Source: an uncultured Gammaproteobacteria bacterium
GTDB taxonomy: Bacteria > Patescibacteriota > Microgenomatia > Levybacterales > UBA12049
DNA length: 64,000 bases
Assembly (NCBI GenBank): GCA_964540055.1
Contig: CAZILC010000007.1
Span: forward strand, 1,272 to 65,271
Direction of reading: 5' to 3'
A program made the position numbers and the translations under genes. This document shows positions 9,343 to 18,564 of this stretch, piece after piece (position 1 is the first letter of the stretch; each line of letters opens with the position of its first letter). The notes under the pieces are model-generated. The model searched no databases. It had not been told where the DNA came from and saw only the letters and a program-made list of their open reading frames with translations.

Positions 9343-10643
9343 AGTATTTTTTTACCAGTTAAAATTTTTCTTACATCAAGCATAGCTGAATAATTGGGTA
9401 GGATATATAACGTTTTGTTTGGTGATAAATTAGCAATTCCTGCATTTACTGCTTCTTTTAAATCTTCAAATGTCTCTGTTTTATTTTCATAATTTTTTAT
9501 CCCTAATTCATATTTCATACGAAGTGCCATATCATACACTCTGTCGCCCGCGACAAGAATTTTTTTAAACGATTGAATTTCAGGTAAATCAGTGTCCCAA
9601 ATCCATGAAATATCATGTCCATCCGGGATTCTGTCATTAAGAACAAGTAATATTGTTTGACCGCGCAGTTCCTGAATTGTCACGTATGATTGATTAAAAC
9701 TGGTGGGATTTTTTGACAGAAAAAGCTGTACTTTTTTGCCTTGATAAGAAATGATTTCCTGTCTGCCAAAAGCTGCAGAAAAGTTGCTGAATGCATCGTT
9801 GATTTCAGTATCACTCAGTCCAATATGTTTTAAAACAAGAACTGCTGCGTTGACATTATATTTATTATAAGTACCAGTGAGGGGATAGAAAGCATTCGTT
9901 GTGATTTCAGTTTTTGGATGTTTTAGTCCGCATTTGTTGCAATGCCAATTGCCTAAATGGGAAAACGTAACCGAATCAAATGTAAGATTATTACCGCATT
10001 TTGGACAAAAGATTGAATCTGCCGAATGCTGTACGGTCCCTTTTTTATTACTTTGGAGGCCAAAATAATGAGCGTTTTGTTTATTTGTTTTTAAGAATTC
10101 GGGTATCGTCGCAATCTGAGGATCATCTGCGTTGAGGATGAGTTTAGTTTTTTCCGGCAGAGTATCGATGGCATTTTTCCATTTTTCTGCGATCGTATGA
10201 ATTTCTCCGTATCTATCCAGCTGATCGCGAAAAAGGTTCAATAATACAAGATAATCCGGTGAAATTTGTTTTAATACTAATGGAAGTACATTCTCATCGA
10301 CCTCAAATATTGCAAAATCTTGAGTGAGTTTACCTTGATTATTGGTGTTCAATAAAATTGTTGAGGCAACTCCATTGAGCAGATTTGCTCCCGATGCGTT
10401 TTGTAAAATACTTTTTCCGTTTGATTCAAGTCCTTTTCTGAGAAGCGCAGATGTCGTGGTTTTTCCATTTGTCCCGGCAACAATAATTATTTTAGTTGGG
10501 GATTGAGAAAGAATTTCTTTAATAAAATTAGGGTTGCCTTTAAGTGCAATATGACCAGGCCACGTAGAACCATTGCCGCGGTTTAATAATTTACTAATTT
10601 TTGAAACTGATTTACCTATGCTAGTTAATGCTATATTTATCAT
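9339..10643 (-). CDS. murT: Lipid II isoglutaminyl synthase, Mur-ligase-like subunit
   Basis: 434 aa. Mur ligase P-loop AGTNGKTTT, NLFRDQLDRYGE, internal Cys4 ribbon CPKCG...CNKCG and a DUF1727-like C-terminus (GRDISW-type motif DGHDISWIWD). Confidence 0.85.
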   Translation of the reverse strand: MINIALTSIGKSVSKISKLLNRGNGSTWPGHIALKGNPNFIKEILSQSPTKIIIVAGTNGKTTTSALLRKGLESNGKSILQNASGANLLNGVASTILLNTNNQGKLTQDFAIFEVDENVLPLVLKQISPDYLVLLNLFRDQLDRYGEIHTIAEKWKNAIDTLPEKTKLILNADDPQIATIPEFLKTNKQNAHYFGLQSNKKGTVQHSADSIFCPKCGNNLTFDSVTFSHLGNWHCNKCGLKHPKTEITTNAFYPLTGTYNKYNVNAAVLVLKHIGLSDTEINDAFSNFSAAFGRQEIISYQGKKVQLFLSKNPTSFNQSYVTIQELRGQTILLVLNDRIPDGHDISWIWDTDLPEIQSFKKILVAGDRVYDMALRMKYELGIKNYENKTETFEDLKEAVNAGIANLSPNKTLYILPNYSAMLDVRKILTGKKIL

Positions 10644-10680
10644 TAATCTATTTTATCAGATCTTGTAGAAGTAAGAAGTC

Positions 10681-10989
10681 TTATCGTCGGCGTCTTGGAG
10701 TAGCTTCCCAACCGATCACATAATTAACAAAGGGAATTTTAGATCTTCTGCTTTTATATCTTTGATCATTTATCTCATCTCTTGTACGATCATATATTTT
10801 ACCTTTCCGTTGTGTTGTGTTGGGTACCATGATTCTAACTCTATCTTCACTAGCTACTTTTAGTGATGAAACATGTATTCCATCCAAATCTCCTCCAAAT
10901 GCATGATCCAGTAACGTTGCTGGCATAATCTCCCTTTTCGGTCCTACAGTAATTCTGTCAAATAGTTTTGGGGTTTCGGTTATTGTCAT
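10681..10989 (-). CDS. Hypothetical protein (orphan), Arg-rich C-terminus
   Basis: 102-aa ORF ending ...WEATPRRRR. Has its own promoter. No family recognised. Confidence 0.55.
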   Translation of the reverse strand: MTITETPKLFDRITVGPKREIMPATLLDHAFGGDLDGIHVSSLKVASEDRVRIMVPNTTQRKGKIYDRTRDEINDQRYKSRRSKIPFVNYVIGWEATPRRRR

Positions 10990-10995
10990 CGCGAA

Positions 10996-11024
10996 AGTAT
11001 AGTTTAAGTAAGGAATTTTTTCAA
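10996..11024 (-). promoter_or_regulatory. Sigma70-like promoter, leaderless-type
   Basis: Minus strand reads TTGAAA-17 nt-TATACT, then 6 nt (ttcgcg) to the ATG at 10989. It sits immediately after the htpX stop. Confidence 0.6.
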
Positions 11025-11029
11025 GAAGA

Positions 11030-11929
11030 TTACATTGATCTCAAAATTTTAACTCGTTCTTCAATCGGAGGATGAGTGGAAAAGAGGTTGGAAACCCAGC
11101 TGCTAAAGCCTTTATCTTTGAATGGGTTGACGATAAAAAGATGTGCTGTTGCATTGCTCGCTGTTCTAAGTGGTCTTGGATCATCGGATATTTTTTCGAG
11201 TGCTCTTGCGAGTCCTTCTGGATAGCGGGTTAAAAGTGCACCTGAAGCATCAGCAAGCAGTTCCCGTTTCCGAGATACTGCAAGTTGAATAAGACTAGCA
11301 ACTATGGGAGCAAGTATTGCTAGAACAATGGCCGCAACCATAAAAATTCCTTCTGCTCTGGCATCTCTTTCATCATTATTTCGAAAGCCTCCCCAGAAAA
11401 GATTGCGCATGAACATATCGGCAAGAAGGGCAATAAATCCAACTAATACCGCAGTAATTGCCATAAGGCGCGTATCATAATTTTTTACATGTGAAAGTTC
11501 ATGTGCGAGTACTCCTTCAAGTTCTGCTTTGTTTAATCTGTCAAGAATACCCGTAGTTGCGGCAACAGCTGCGTGTTTGGGATCGCGTCCCGTTGCGAAA
11601 GCATTTGGGGATGGGTCATTTATTATATACACTCGAGGCATGGGAATGCCATCTCCCATTGCAAGATTTTCAACGATTCTGAATAATTCGGGATTATCTT
11701 TTTTTTCAATTTCCTGTGCCCCTGACGTAGCAAGGACAATTTTATCGGAATAAAAATAGCTGATAAAGCTATAGATGATTGAAAAGATAAATATCCCAAA
11801 TCCAATAGTCGGACCATAACCTGTTGCTCGTCCAAAAATATACGCAACTGTCCAGGCAAAAATTACGAAAAGAGCAATAATCAAATAGCTCTTCCAAATA
11901 TTGGCTGAGATATTTTTATAAATATTCAT
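11030..11929 (-). CDS. htpX: Zn-dependent membrane protease HtpX (M48)
   Basis: 299 aa. N-terminal TM helices, HELSHVKNYD (HExxH) and the usual pairing with LemA. Confidence 0.9.
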   Translation of the reverse strand: MNIYKNISANIWKSYLIIALFVIFAWTVAYIFGRATGYGPTIGFGIFIFSIIYSFISYFYSDKIVLATSGAQEIEKKDNPELFRIVENLAMGDGIPMPRVYIINDPSPNAFATGRDPKHAAVAATTGILDRLNKAELEGVLAHELSHVKNYDTRLMAITAVLVGFIALLADMFMRNLFWGGFRNNDERDARAEGIFMVAAIVLAILAPIVASLIQLAVSRKRELLADASGALLTRYPEGLARALEKISDDPRPLRTASNATAHLFIVNPFKDKGFSSWVSNLFSTHPPIEERVKILRSM

Positions 11930-12474
11930 TAGAACTGTACCTTAACAGGTTTCTTATCTTCTTCACTTGCAGCAAAGAATTCAGCAGGCTGGAAATGGAA
12001 CATACTTGCTATAAAATTCGTCGGTACTGTTTGCAATTTCGTATTATAATCCATGACATTTGAATTATAGAATTGTCTTGAGTACGCAATCTTATTTTCA
12101 GTATCAGAAAGTTCTTCCTGAAGTTCCATAAAATTTTGACTTGCTTTAAGATCCGGATAATTTTCAGCGACTGCAAAAAGTGATTTAAGTGTGCCTGAGA
12201 GAAAATCATTTGCCTCGGCTTTATCTTTTGTAGATTTAGCTGACATGAGACTTGCTCGTGCTTTTGTAACTTCTTCAAAAACATCTTTTTCGTGTTTGGC
12301 ATATCCTTTGACAGTTTCTACCAAATTCGGAATAAGATCTGTTCTTCTTTTGAGCTGTACATCAATTTGACTTGATGCTTCAGAAATTCTTACTCGCGCG
12401 GTTACTAAGCCGTTGTAGGCAAAAAAGAAAAATAAAATTACTGCAGCAATTATTAGTATGACAATAAGTGTCAT
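11929..12474 (-). CDS. lemA: LemA family membrane protein
   Basis: 181 aa. N-terminal TM, then the conserved LemA core ([36 protein letters not shown]). Confidence 0.85.
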   Translation of the reverse strand: MTLIVILIIAAVILFFFFAYNGLVTARVRISEASSQIDVQLKRRTDLIPNLVETVKGYAKHEKDVFEEVTKARASLMSAKSTKDKAEANDFLSGTLKSLFAVAENYPDLKASQNFMELQEELSDTENKIAYSRQFYNSNVMDYNTKLQTVPTNFIASMFHFQPAEFFAASEEDKKPVKVQF

Positions 12475-12477
12475 ATA

Positions 12478-14256
12478 TCATTCACCTCCTTCAAACCAAT
12501 TATTTAGTTCATTATATTCCATTGCATTTAAAATGTCACGTTTGGTAGCCCATCCGCGACGTGCGACTGTTACGCCGTACTGCATCAGATCCATTTGATC
12601 AACCGCGTGGCTGTCAGTATTGATAAAAAGCTTAATTTCACGTTTTACAGCTTCTCGAGTGAGAATATCAGTAAGATCCAAACGTGTCGGCCAAGCATTA
12701 ATTTCAAGTGCTTTATTATTTGCTTTACAAAAATCAAATAATTTATCCCAATCAAGATCTATCGGTGGCCTTTGATTTATCAGTCTTGCACTTGGATGAG
12801 CAAGAATTTTTGCTTTGGGGTGCGATAGACCGTTCAGAACGCGTTTGGTCATTTCGTCACGACTCATTGAAAAAGAACTATGAATAGAAACAATACTTGC
12901 ATCCAGGTAGTCGAATGCACTATCAGGAATGGCTAATTTCCCACTGGCAAGGATATCAGTTTCAAGCAGAGAGAAGATATGAACATTTTTTTTATACTTT
13001 TCTCTGAGTTGTTCAATAAATTTAATCCTTTTTTCAAGTAGACTCAAAATTTCCTTTTCGGAATGTTTACTGGCGCTAGGATTGTGTTCAGAGAATCCCA
13101 GATAGTGGTAACCGAGTTTCAAAGCTTTTTCAATCATTACTTCCATCGAACTTTGTCCGGCATCATGACTTTCTTCAATAGGGAAGCTGGAATGTAAATG
13201 AAAATCTCCTTTTATATCGGATAGTTCTATAATTTGGGGGAGTGCACCTTTTAGTCCCAATTCTATTTCTCCAGTATCTTCGCGCATTTCCGGTGGAACC
13301 CATTGCATGCCAATTGCTTTATAGAAAGATTCCTCAGTTTTATATCGAATGTATTTAGTGTTATCTTCACCTTTTTTCTTTATTCCGAAATCAGAAAGTG
13401 AAAGACCAATTGATAATGCATACTCCCGAAGATGGACGTTATGTGCTTTGCTACCAGTGAAGTGCTGTAGCATTGCTCCAAATCCATCAGGAGGAATGAC
13501 CATAAGATCAACTTGTTTGCCCCCCGATGCGAGAAGTGACGCAGATCTTTCACCTCTTTCAATAATTCGCTCTTTACGGGGAAATGCAATGAAATGATCA
13601 ATTGCCTCTTGTGGATTATTAGTCGCTACAGCAATATCAATATCGCCAATTGTTTCCCGCTTTCGTCTCAGACTCCCCAAAGGTTGAGCCTCAATCACAG
13701 TAGGTGATTTTTTAAGATAAGCGATTAAGATCTCTGCCAGTTCATTCGCGAAAGGGAGCGGCATTCGTGTTGTTTTACCTGTACCGACTTTAAATTCTTC
13801 AATTGCTCGTAGAATATCTGATTGTGATTTTTCGCCAAATCCCGCAAGCGGAGCAATTTTGCCCTCCCGTGCAACTTTTTCTACATCGGCAATTACTGTT
13901 TGGGGATCGTTTAGTTTAAATTCACTGACGAGACGGAATGCTTTTTTGGGTCCCAAACTTGGTATTTCTACAAGAGGAAATACAGACTGCGGAATATCTC
14001 TCATGACGGATTCAAAGTGTTCTACTTTTCCAGTTTTAAATAATTCCTCTAGACGTGATTGAATTGTCGGTCCAACTCCAGGAATTCCTGCCATTTTGTT
14101 TTCTTTGTAGAGATCCTGCAATTCGTGAGGCAAATTTTCAATTGATTCAGCTGCTTTTTCATAGGCAAGAAGTTGGAATCTATATTTTTTTTCATCCTTT
14201 ATTTTGTAGGCAACAGCGATATTATTTAATAGTTTGCTAATTTCTTTATTTGTCAT
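12478..14256 (-). CDS. polX: Family X DNA polymerase with C-terminal PHP domain
   Basis: The ORF track starts at 14304. The ATG at 14256 (MTNKEISKLLNNIAVAY...) matches PolX N-termini. HhH motifs, a GSLRRKRETIGDIDI nucleotidyltransferase motif and a PHP domain (FHLHSS...). Confidence 0.85.
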   Translation of the reverse strand: MTNKEISKLLNNIAVAYKIKDEKKYRFQLLAYEKAAESIENLPHELQDLYKENKMAGIPGVGPTIQSRLEELFKTGKVEHFESVMRDIPQSVFPLVEIPSLGPKKAFRLVSEFKLNDPQTVIADVEKVAREGKIAPLAGFGEKSQSDILRAIEEFKVGTGKTTRMPLPFANELAEILIAYLKKSPTVIEAQPLGSLRRKRETIGDIDIAVATNNPQEAIDHFIAFPRKERIIERGERSASLLASGGKQVDLMVIPPDGFGAMLQHFTGSKAHNVHLREYALSIGLSLSDFGIKKKGEDNTKYIRYKTEESFYKAIGMQWVPPEMREDTGEIELGLKGALPQIIELSDIKGDFHLHSSFPIEESHDAGQSSMEVMIEKALKLGYHYLGFSEHNPSASKHSEKEILSLLEKRIKFIEQLREKYKKNVHIFSLLETDILASGKLAIPDSAFDYLDASIVSIHSSFSMSRDEMTKRVLNGLSHPKAKILAHPSARLINQRPPIDLDWDKLFDFCKANNKALEINAWPTRLDLTDILTREAVKREIKLFINTDSHAVDQMDLMQYGVTVARRGWATKRDILNAMEYNELNNWFEGGE

Positions 14257-14374
14257 ACTGAAGTTTTGCATTCTGAGTGTACCAGAGCATTGACGCACGC
14301 GCAAGATTCCGTTAAAATACAGATTGACTCAAAACTGTTTGAGGTTTTGAATGCTCAGTTTGGTCAAGCAAACT

Positions 14375-14449
14375 GGGGTGGTAGCTCAGTTGGTTTAGAG
14401 CGCCTCCCTGTCACGGAGGAGGTCGCGGGTTCGAGTCCCGTCCATCCCG
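14375..14449 (+). tRNA. tRNA-Asp (anticodon GUC)
   Basis: Manual cloverleaf. Acceptor GGGGTGG/CCATCCC, D-arm GCTC..GAGC, anticodon stem CCTCC/GGAGG with loop CTGTCAC, T-arm GCGGG-TTCGAGT-CCCGT, discriminator G. CCA is not encoded. Confidence 0.9.
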
Positions 14450-14553
14450 CAGTAGATGTAAATATTACAACTATATTATCCTCATCCTTTTAAATTACTC
14501 CTGGTTATTTTAACTATAAGTTAATAATATTGATTTTCATGGTATAATAAGCC

Positions 14554-15594
14554 ATGAGCACCAGTGAAAGAAGAGAAGGCCAACAACCTGAGTCAGAGCC
14601 TACACCAGAAGATCAGTTTAGAGCTTTAACAATTACACATTTTGTCCTCCATGAAAATGCTGGATCTATTGAAGGTGTTTTAGTGAGAACTGAACCAGAG
14701 AATGTTTTAAATAGTATTGTATATCAGCATTTAAAGGCAAATAGTTTGGAACCAAAACAAAAAAGTACTATTCAAACGCAAGTTGAGCAAGATATTGAGA
14801 GTAATGGCTTTCAGGCAGAATATTATCAAACGGCATTAGATACAATATCTATACTTTCAAGTGCAGAAGAAAATCTGTCAATAGTGGACTTAAGTGAAAT
14901 TACCGGGTCTATTCAAATGAGATTGGATGAAGCAAAAGCTGGGGAACCTGAGAAAACAAATCAATTGACTGCAACAAAAAAACCTAAGAGAAGGCAAAGA
15001 CTTGCACATGGTGCGATGATTACTTTGGCTACACTTGGCGGTTTTACAGCAGCATCAGGATTTTCAACTGCTTCTTATGCTCTGATGCAACGAGATCCTT
15101 TACCGGAATATTCATCAGCATCTACGAGAAGTCATGTTTTATCTGAGATTGATTTGGCAATACAGGAACTACGTAAAAAGCCTCCACATCAGGAAACGCA
15201 AGTTAATGGTTTGGGCTTGCAAACAACAGTGACTCATCCTGCAGAGTTGCCTGATACGGGTGCTGCTTGGACTACATTACATAGTGTGCAAAGAGAGTTA
15301 TCAGGAACCGGTCCACAAGTTGTAGGGCAAATTAAAAGAGTTGAAAGAATACTATTTAATCCTAATTATAGCGATCAGAATATTTTTGCGCCTGAAAGAA
15401 ACTTGCTTAGTCAAGTAAGAGGACGAATTCCGGTTCTTGCAAATAGAGAAGTTTCCCGTGAGAATGCCAGGGATACGGCAATTCTTAAAGGAGGTTTAAT
15501 TGGATTAGGTACGGGCGCAATCTTTGTTGGCTCTGCAGGCGCATTATATGAAGTAAAGAGAAGAACCGGAAGAAGGCCAAGAGCGAAGCGGTAA
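14554..15594 (+). CDS. Hypothetical membrane protein (orphan)
   Basis: 346 aa. Acidic N-terminus, predicted TM around AMITLATLGGFTAASGF, a second TM near the C-terminus, then an Arg-rich tail RRTGRRPRAKR. Extended -10 TGgTATAAT ends 5 nt before the ATG. Confidence 0.6.
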   Translation: MSTSERREGQQPESEPTPEDQFRALTITHFVLHENAGSIEGVLVRTEPENVLNSIVYQHLKANSLEPKQKSTIQTQVEQDIESNGFQAEYYQTALDTISILSSAEENLSIVDLSEITGSIQMRLDEAKAGEPEKTNQLTATKKPKRRQRLAHGAMITLATLGGFTAASGFSTASYALMQRDPLPEYSSASTRSHVLSEIDLAIQELRKKPPHQETQVNGLGLQTTVTHPAELPDTGAAWTTLHSVQRELSGTGPQVVGQIKRVERILFNPNYSDQNIFAPERNLLSQVRGRIPVLANREVSRENARDTAILKGGLIGLGTGAIFVGSAGALYEVKRRTGRRPRAKR

Positions 15595-15673
15595 ATTGTT
15601 ATAGGTTGAATTATCTCCTTAAGTGTAGTATACTTCTGGCTACCTCATTTTCTGCCCCAAAGAAAGGTTAACA

Positions 15674-16633
15674 ATGGCTAAAAAGACAGCGAAGAAAACA
15701 AAAATTGAAACAGAGGAAAATGCTTCAAAAGGGACAGGCTTTTTTGAATATCTCCGATTTGGCGAATCTTATACTAGTTTAATTTTGGGAATCATTGTCG
15801 TTATTATCGCAACTGCATTGTTGCTTTCTTTTGTCCATAATAAAGATGCAGGGAATGTAAATACACCAATTACACAACAAACACAAAATACTGTACAAGT
15901 ATCACAGAAAGTAAATAATCTTGCGCAGAAAGCTCCGGATACTTCCACTGAAAATGTGATTACCCCTGTGCCAACCGAAACAGAAGCACCAACACAAGTA
16001 CCAACAGCAACACCAAAACCGACTGTTGCTCCAAAACCAAAAGCAACAGTAGCACCTACGGCAAAACCTACACAAGCTGTTAAAAAAATTGCAAAAGTTA
16101 ACCCAACCTTAAAGCCAACTGTAAAACCAACGAGTAAACCAGTTCCAACGATTACCGAAAAAAAGGTAGTCAAAATTCAAGTGACTCCAACGCCTCAAAT
16201 TACCAATGGTAAAAATCAAAATGTGTGGATAGTGCAAAAAAATGAATCACTGTGGATAATTGCTGAAAAAAAGTATACAAGTGGGTATAATTGGGTAGAT
16301 ATCGCCAAAGCAAATGATCTTGCTGATCCTAGTGATATTCATGTTGGTGATAAATTAGTATTACCAAAAGTCACTCCAGGTCCGTCGACAATAGCCACGA
16401 GTCAACCCACAGTGACTACAAATGATGAACAAAATTCCTCAACCAAACAAACGCAAAATGCGAATGCAATTACTGGATCTACATATACAGTAGTCCATGG
16501 TGATACGTTGTGGAATATTGCGGTGAGGGCGTATGGTGATGGGTATAAATGGACGAATATTGCCAGTGCAAATAATTTGGTTAATCCTGGATTAATTCAT
16601 TCAGGGAATGTCCTCACGATTCCTCGGAACTAA
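15674..16633 (+). CDS. Membrane-anchored protein with two LysM (peptidoglycan-binding) domains
   Basis: 319 aa. N-terminal TM and a Pro/Thr/Lys-rich linker. Two LysM repeats (VQKNESLWIIAEKKY...VGDKLVLP and VVHGDTLWNIAVRAY...SGNVLTIP). Confidence 0.8.
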   Translation: MAKKTAKKTKIETEENASKGTGFFEYLRFGESYTSLILGIIVVIIATALLLSFVHNKDAGNVNTPITQQTQNTVQVSQKVNNLAQKAPDTSTENVITPVPTETEAPTQVPTATPKPTVAPKPKATVAPTAKPTQAVKKIAKVNPTLKPTVKPTSKPVPTITEKKVVKIQVTPTPQITNGKNQNVWIVQKNESLWIIAEKKYTSGYNWVDIAKANDLADPSDIHVGDKLVLPKVTPGPSTIATSQPTVTTNDEQNSSTKQTQNANAITGSTYTVVHGDTLWNIAVRAYGDGYKWTNIASANNLVNPGLIHSGNVLTIPRN

Positions 16634-16710
16634 AATTTTTTTACGCCGCGCGTAGTAATGTTGATTAGATGTTTTTATTTAATTGTATTTTTGCTATTAT
16701 TGCTGGTATT

Positions 16711-16782
16711 GCGGGCGTAGTTCACCGGTAGAATGTCTCCTTCCCAAGGAGAAGGCAGTGGGTCCGACTCCCATCGCCCGCT
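16711..16782 (+). tRNA. tRNA-Gly (anticodon CCC)
   Basis: Manual cloverleaf. Acceptor GCGGGCG/CGCCCGC, anticodon stem TCTCC/GGAGA with loop TTCCCAA, T-arm GTGGG-TCCGACT-CCCAT, discriminator T. CCA is not encoded. Confidence 0.85.
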
Positions 16783-16797
16783 CAGGAGTTTTTCATT

Positions 16798-17223
16798 ATG
16801 CTTATAAGAAAAGCTGTTGAGTCAGATTACGATCAGTTAATGTCTCTTTATAATGATTTTGTGGGTGAAGATAGATATTCACATCACGACAATGATTCTT
16901 TTAAAAAAGTTATCCATAGTAAAAGCAATTATATTTATGTTGCTGAAGAAGAAAACCAACTTATCGGTTTTATTGCTTTCTCAGTGAGAAACGTAGTACG
17001 TTATCCAAAACCAATTGCCGAGCTTGATGAATTGTATATCGATCCGACACATCGAAAGAAAGGAATCGGCAAAGCTTTAATGAAAACTATTGAAGAAAAA
17101 GCACAAGAACTGGACTGTTATCGGATTTATATTGAGACTAATTATAGATTTAAAGATGCTCACGCATTTTATGAAGCAATCGGTTATACCAATTACGGCT
17201 ATCACTTCATCAAAAATCTTTAA
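16798..17223 (+). CDS. GNAT family N-acetyltransferase
   Basis: 141 aa. Acetyl-CoA-binding motif A (LYIDPTHRKKGIGKALM) and GNAT-typical size. AGGAG Shine-Dalgarno 9 nt upstream. Confidence 0.8.
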   Translation: MLIRKAVESDYDQLMSLYNDFVGEDRYSHHDNDSFKKVIHSKSNYIYVAEEENQLIGFIAFSVRNVVRYPKPIAELDELYIDPTHRKKGIGKALMKTIEEKAQELDCYRIYIETNYRFKDAHAFYEAIGYTNYGYHFIKNL

Positions 17224-17244
17224 GATTTTTGCTACAATAATGCT

Positions 17245-18561
17245 ATGTTGCTTCCCACAATTCTGAAATATTCACTCATTAATAAGTCTCATACAAAATT
17301 GTCAAAAGAGCAGATAAAAGAAATGCAGCTTAAGAAATTCTTAAGACTTGTGGCCTATGTTGCTGATCATTCACCCTATTATCGGGAAATAATTATCAAA
17401 AACAACATTGATGTAAAAAATTGTACACCAGAAGATTTTCCCGAATTAACAAAAGAAACTGTCATTGAAAGATTTGATGATATTGTCACTGATAAACATA
17501 TCACCAAAGAGGAGATTTCTGCTTTTCTTGTTCGCTCAAAAAATCCACTAGAACTTTTTTTTGGAAAATATTATGTCGTTCATAGTTCGGGTTCATCGGG
17601 AACTGTTGGATATTTTATCTATAATGAAAATGAACTAGCACGCGGTCTGGCTCATTTTTCGCGAATTAAAAAACTTTCTTTTTTGCAAAGATTTGCCTTT
17701 GTAGGTGCCACAAAAGGACATTTTGCAGGAATAACAATGGTGAGTAGTGCAAAAAAGTTACCCTTTATATATAGTGCAGTTGAGACATATGACATTAATA
17801 TGCCATTTTCAGATATCATTACTGGTTTGCAAAAATTTCAGCCGACTTCAATAAGTGGATATGCCTATGCACTTAAAAAAATTGCAGAAGCTCAAAAAGA
17901 GGGGAAAATTCATATTAATCCTGAAGTTATCCAGTCAAGTGGAGAAGCAATTAGTTCTTCCGATCAGGAATTTATCGAAAGTGTCTTTAAAATTCCCCTT
18001 ATCAATGTCTATGCTGCAACTGAAAATTTTATTATGGGTATTGGTAAGAAAACTTTTGGCGGGATGTATTTGATGGAAGATGATCTTATTTTTGAGATAC
18101 TACCAACCCATACAAATGTTACAAATCTTTTTAACTATACATTGCCTTTGATTAGATATAAGATGCAGGATAAGCTTGAAAAAATGTCAGATCCTCATCC
18201 AATCTTACCTTTTACCAAAGTCAAAACACTTGTTGGAAGAAAAGAAAATTTACCTTATTTTATTAATGATAAAGGTGAAGAGGATTTTCTTAGTCATTCG
18301 TACATAATAGAATTTTATGTACCGCATGTAGACTCGTTTCAAATGCATCTTCATGATAAAAATTCATTTACCTTTCAGGTTGTCTTAGAGAAAGGATTGG
18401 ATACTGCAACGAAACAGAGAACTTTACATGAAATAAGAGAAAAATTACAAGCAATTTTGCAGGAAAAACAAATGACAAAAGTTGTTTTTACAGTCGAAGT
18501 TGTTGATCATTTATGGGTTGATCCTAAGACGGGAAAATTTAAATTGATCGTTACGAAATAA
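17245..18561 (+). CDS. Adenylate-forming enzyme, phenylacetate-CoA ligase / F390 synthetase (PaaK/CapK-like) family
   Basis: 438 aa. N-terminal helical region with the PYYRE motif and AMP-binding P-loop-like HSSGSSGTVGY. Size and layout match the PaaK-type family. Confidence 0.65.
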   Translation: MLLPTILKYSLINKSHTKLSKEQIKEMQLKKFLRLVAYVADHSPYYREIIIKNNIDVKNCTPEDFPELTKETVIERFDDIVTDKHITKEEISAFLVRSKNPLELFFGKYYVVHSSGSSGTVGYFIYNENELARGLAHFSRIKKLSFLQRFAFVGATKGHFAGITMVSSAKKLPFIYSAVETYDINMPFSDIITGLQKFQPTSISGYAYALKKIAEAQKEGKIHINPEVIQSSGEAISSSDQEFIESVFKIPLINVYAATENFIMGIGKKTFGGMYLMEDDLIFEILPTHTNVTNLFNYTLPLIRYKMQDKLEKMSDPHPILPFTKVKTLVGRKENLPYFINDKGEEDFLSHSYIIEFYVPHVDSFQMHLHDKNSFTFQVVLEKGLDTATKQRTLHEIREKLQAILQEKQMTKVVFTVEVVDHLWVDPKTGKFKLIVTK

Positions 18562-18564
18562 AGT

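Noticed and set aside
14328-14350. Hairpin CTCAAA-ACTG-TTTGAG followed by GTTTTG between polX and tRNA-Asp
   Set aside because: It looks terminator-like on the plus strand, but no plus-strand gene lies upstream. It may be part of the tRNA or polX control region. The evidence is insufficient to call a feature.
15950-16150. Possible tandem repeat or CRISPR-like periodicity. The same was noted at 62760-63240 and 48340-48640.
   Set aside because: These are in-frame low-complexity coding regions (Pro/Thr/Lys-, Glu/Pro/Thr- and Ser/Thr/Ala-rich linkers) without exact repeat-spacer structure. No CRISPR array or cas genes occur anywhere in the window.
15769-16173. 134-aa minus-strand ORF antisense to the LysM protein gene
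   Set aside because: It lies entirely inside the Pro/Thr/Lys-rich low-complexity linker of the plus-strand gene. Its product is a G/V/T/F-rich mirror-image low-complexity sequence. This is a typical antisense artefact of repetitive codons.
16642-16654. GC-rich palindrome TACGC-CGC-GCGTA after the LysM gene as a terminator
   Set aside because: The T-run precedes the hairpin instead of following it on the plus strand, and the minus strand has no gene to terminate there. It does not fit an intrinsic terminator.
14375-16782. Integrative mobile element bounded by the two tRNA genes
   Set aside because: There is no integrase, recombinase, excisionase or phage/plasmid gene. I saw no direct repeat of a tRNA 3' end. 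It is reported only as an accessory region.
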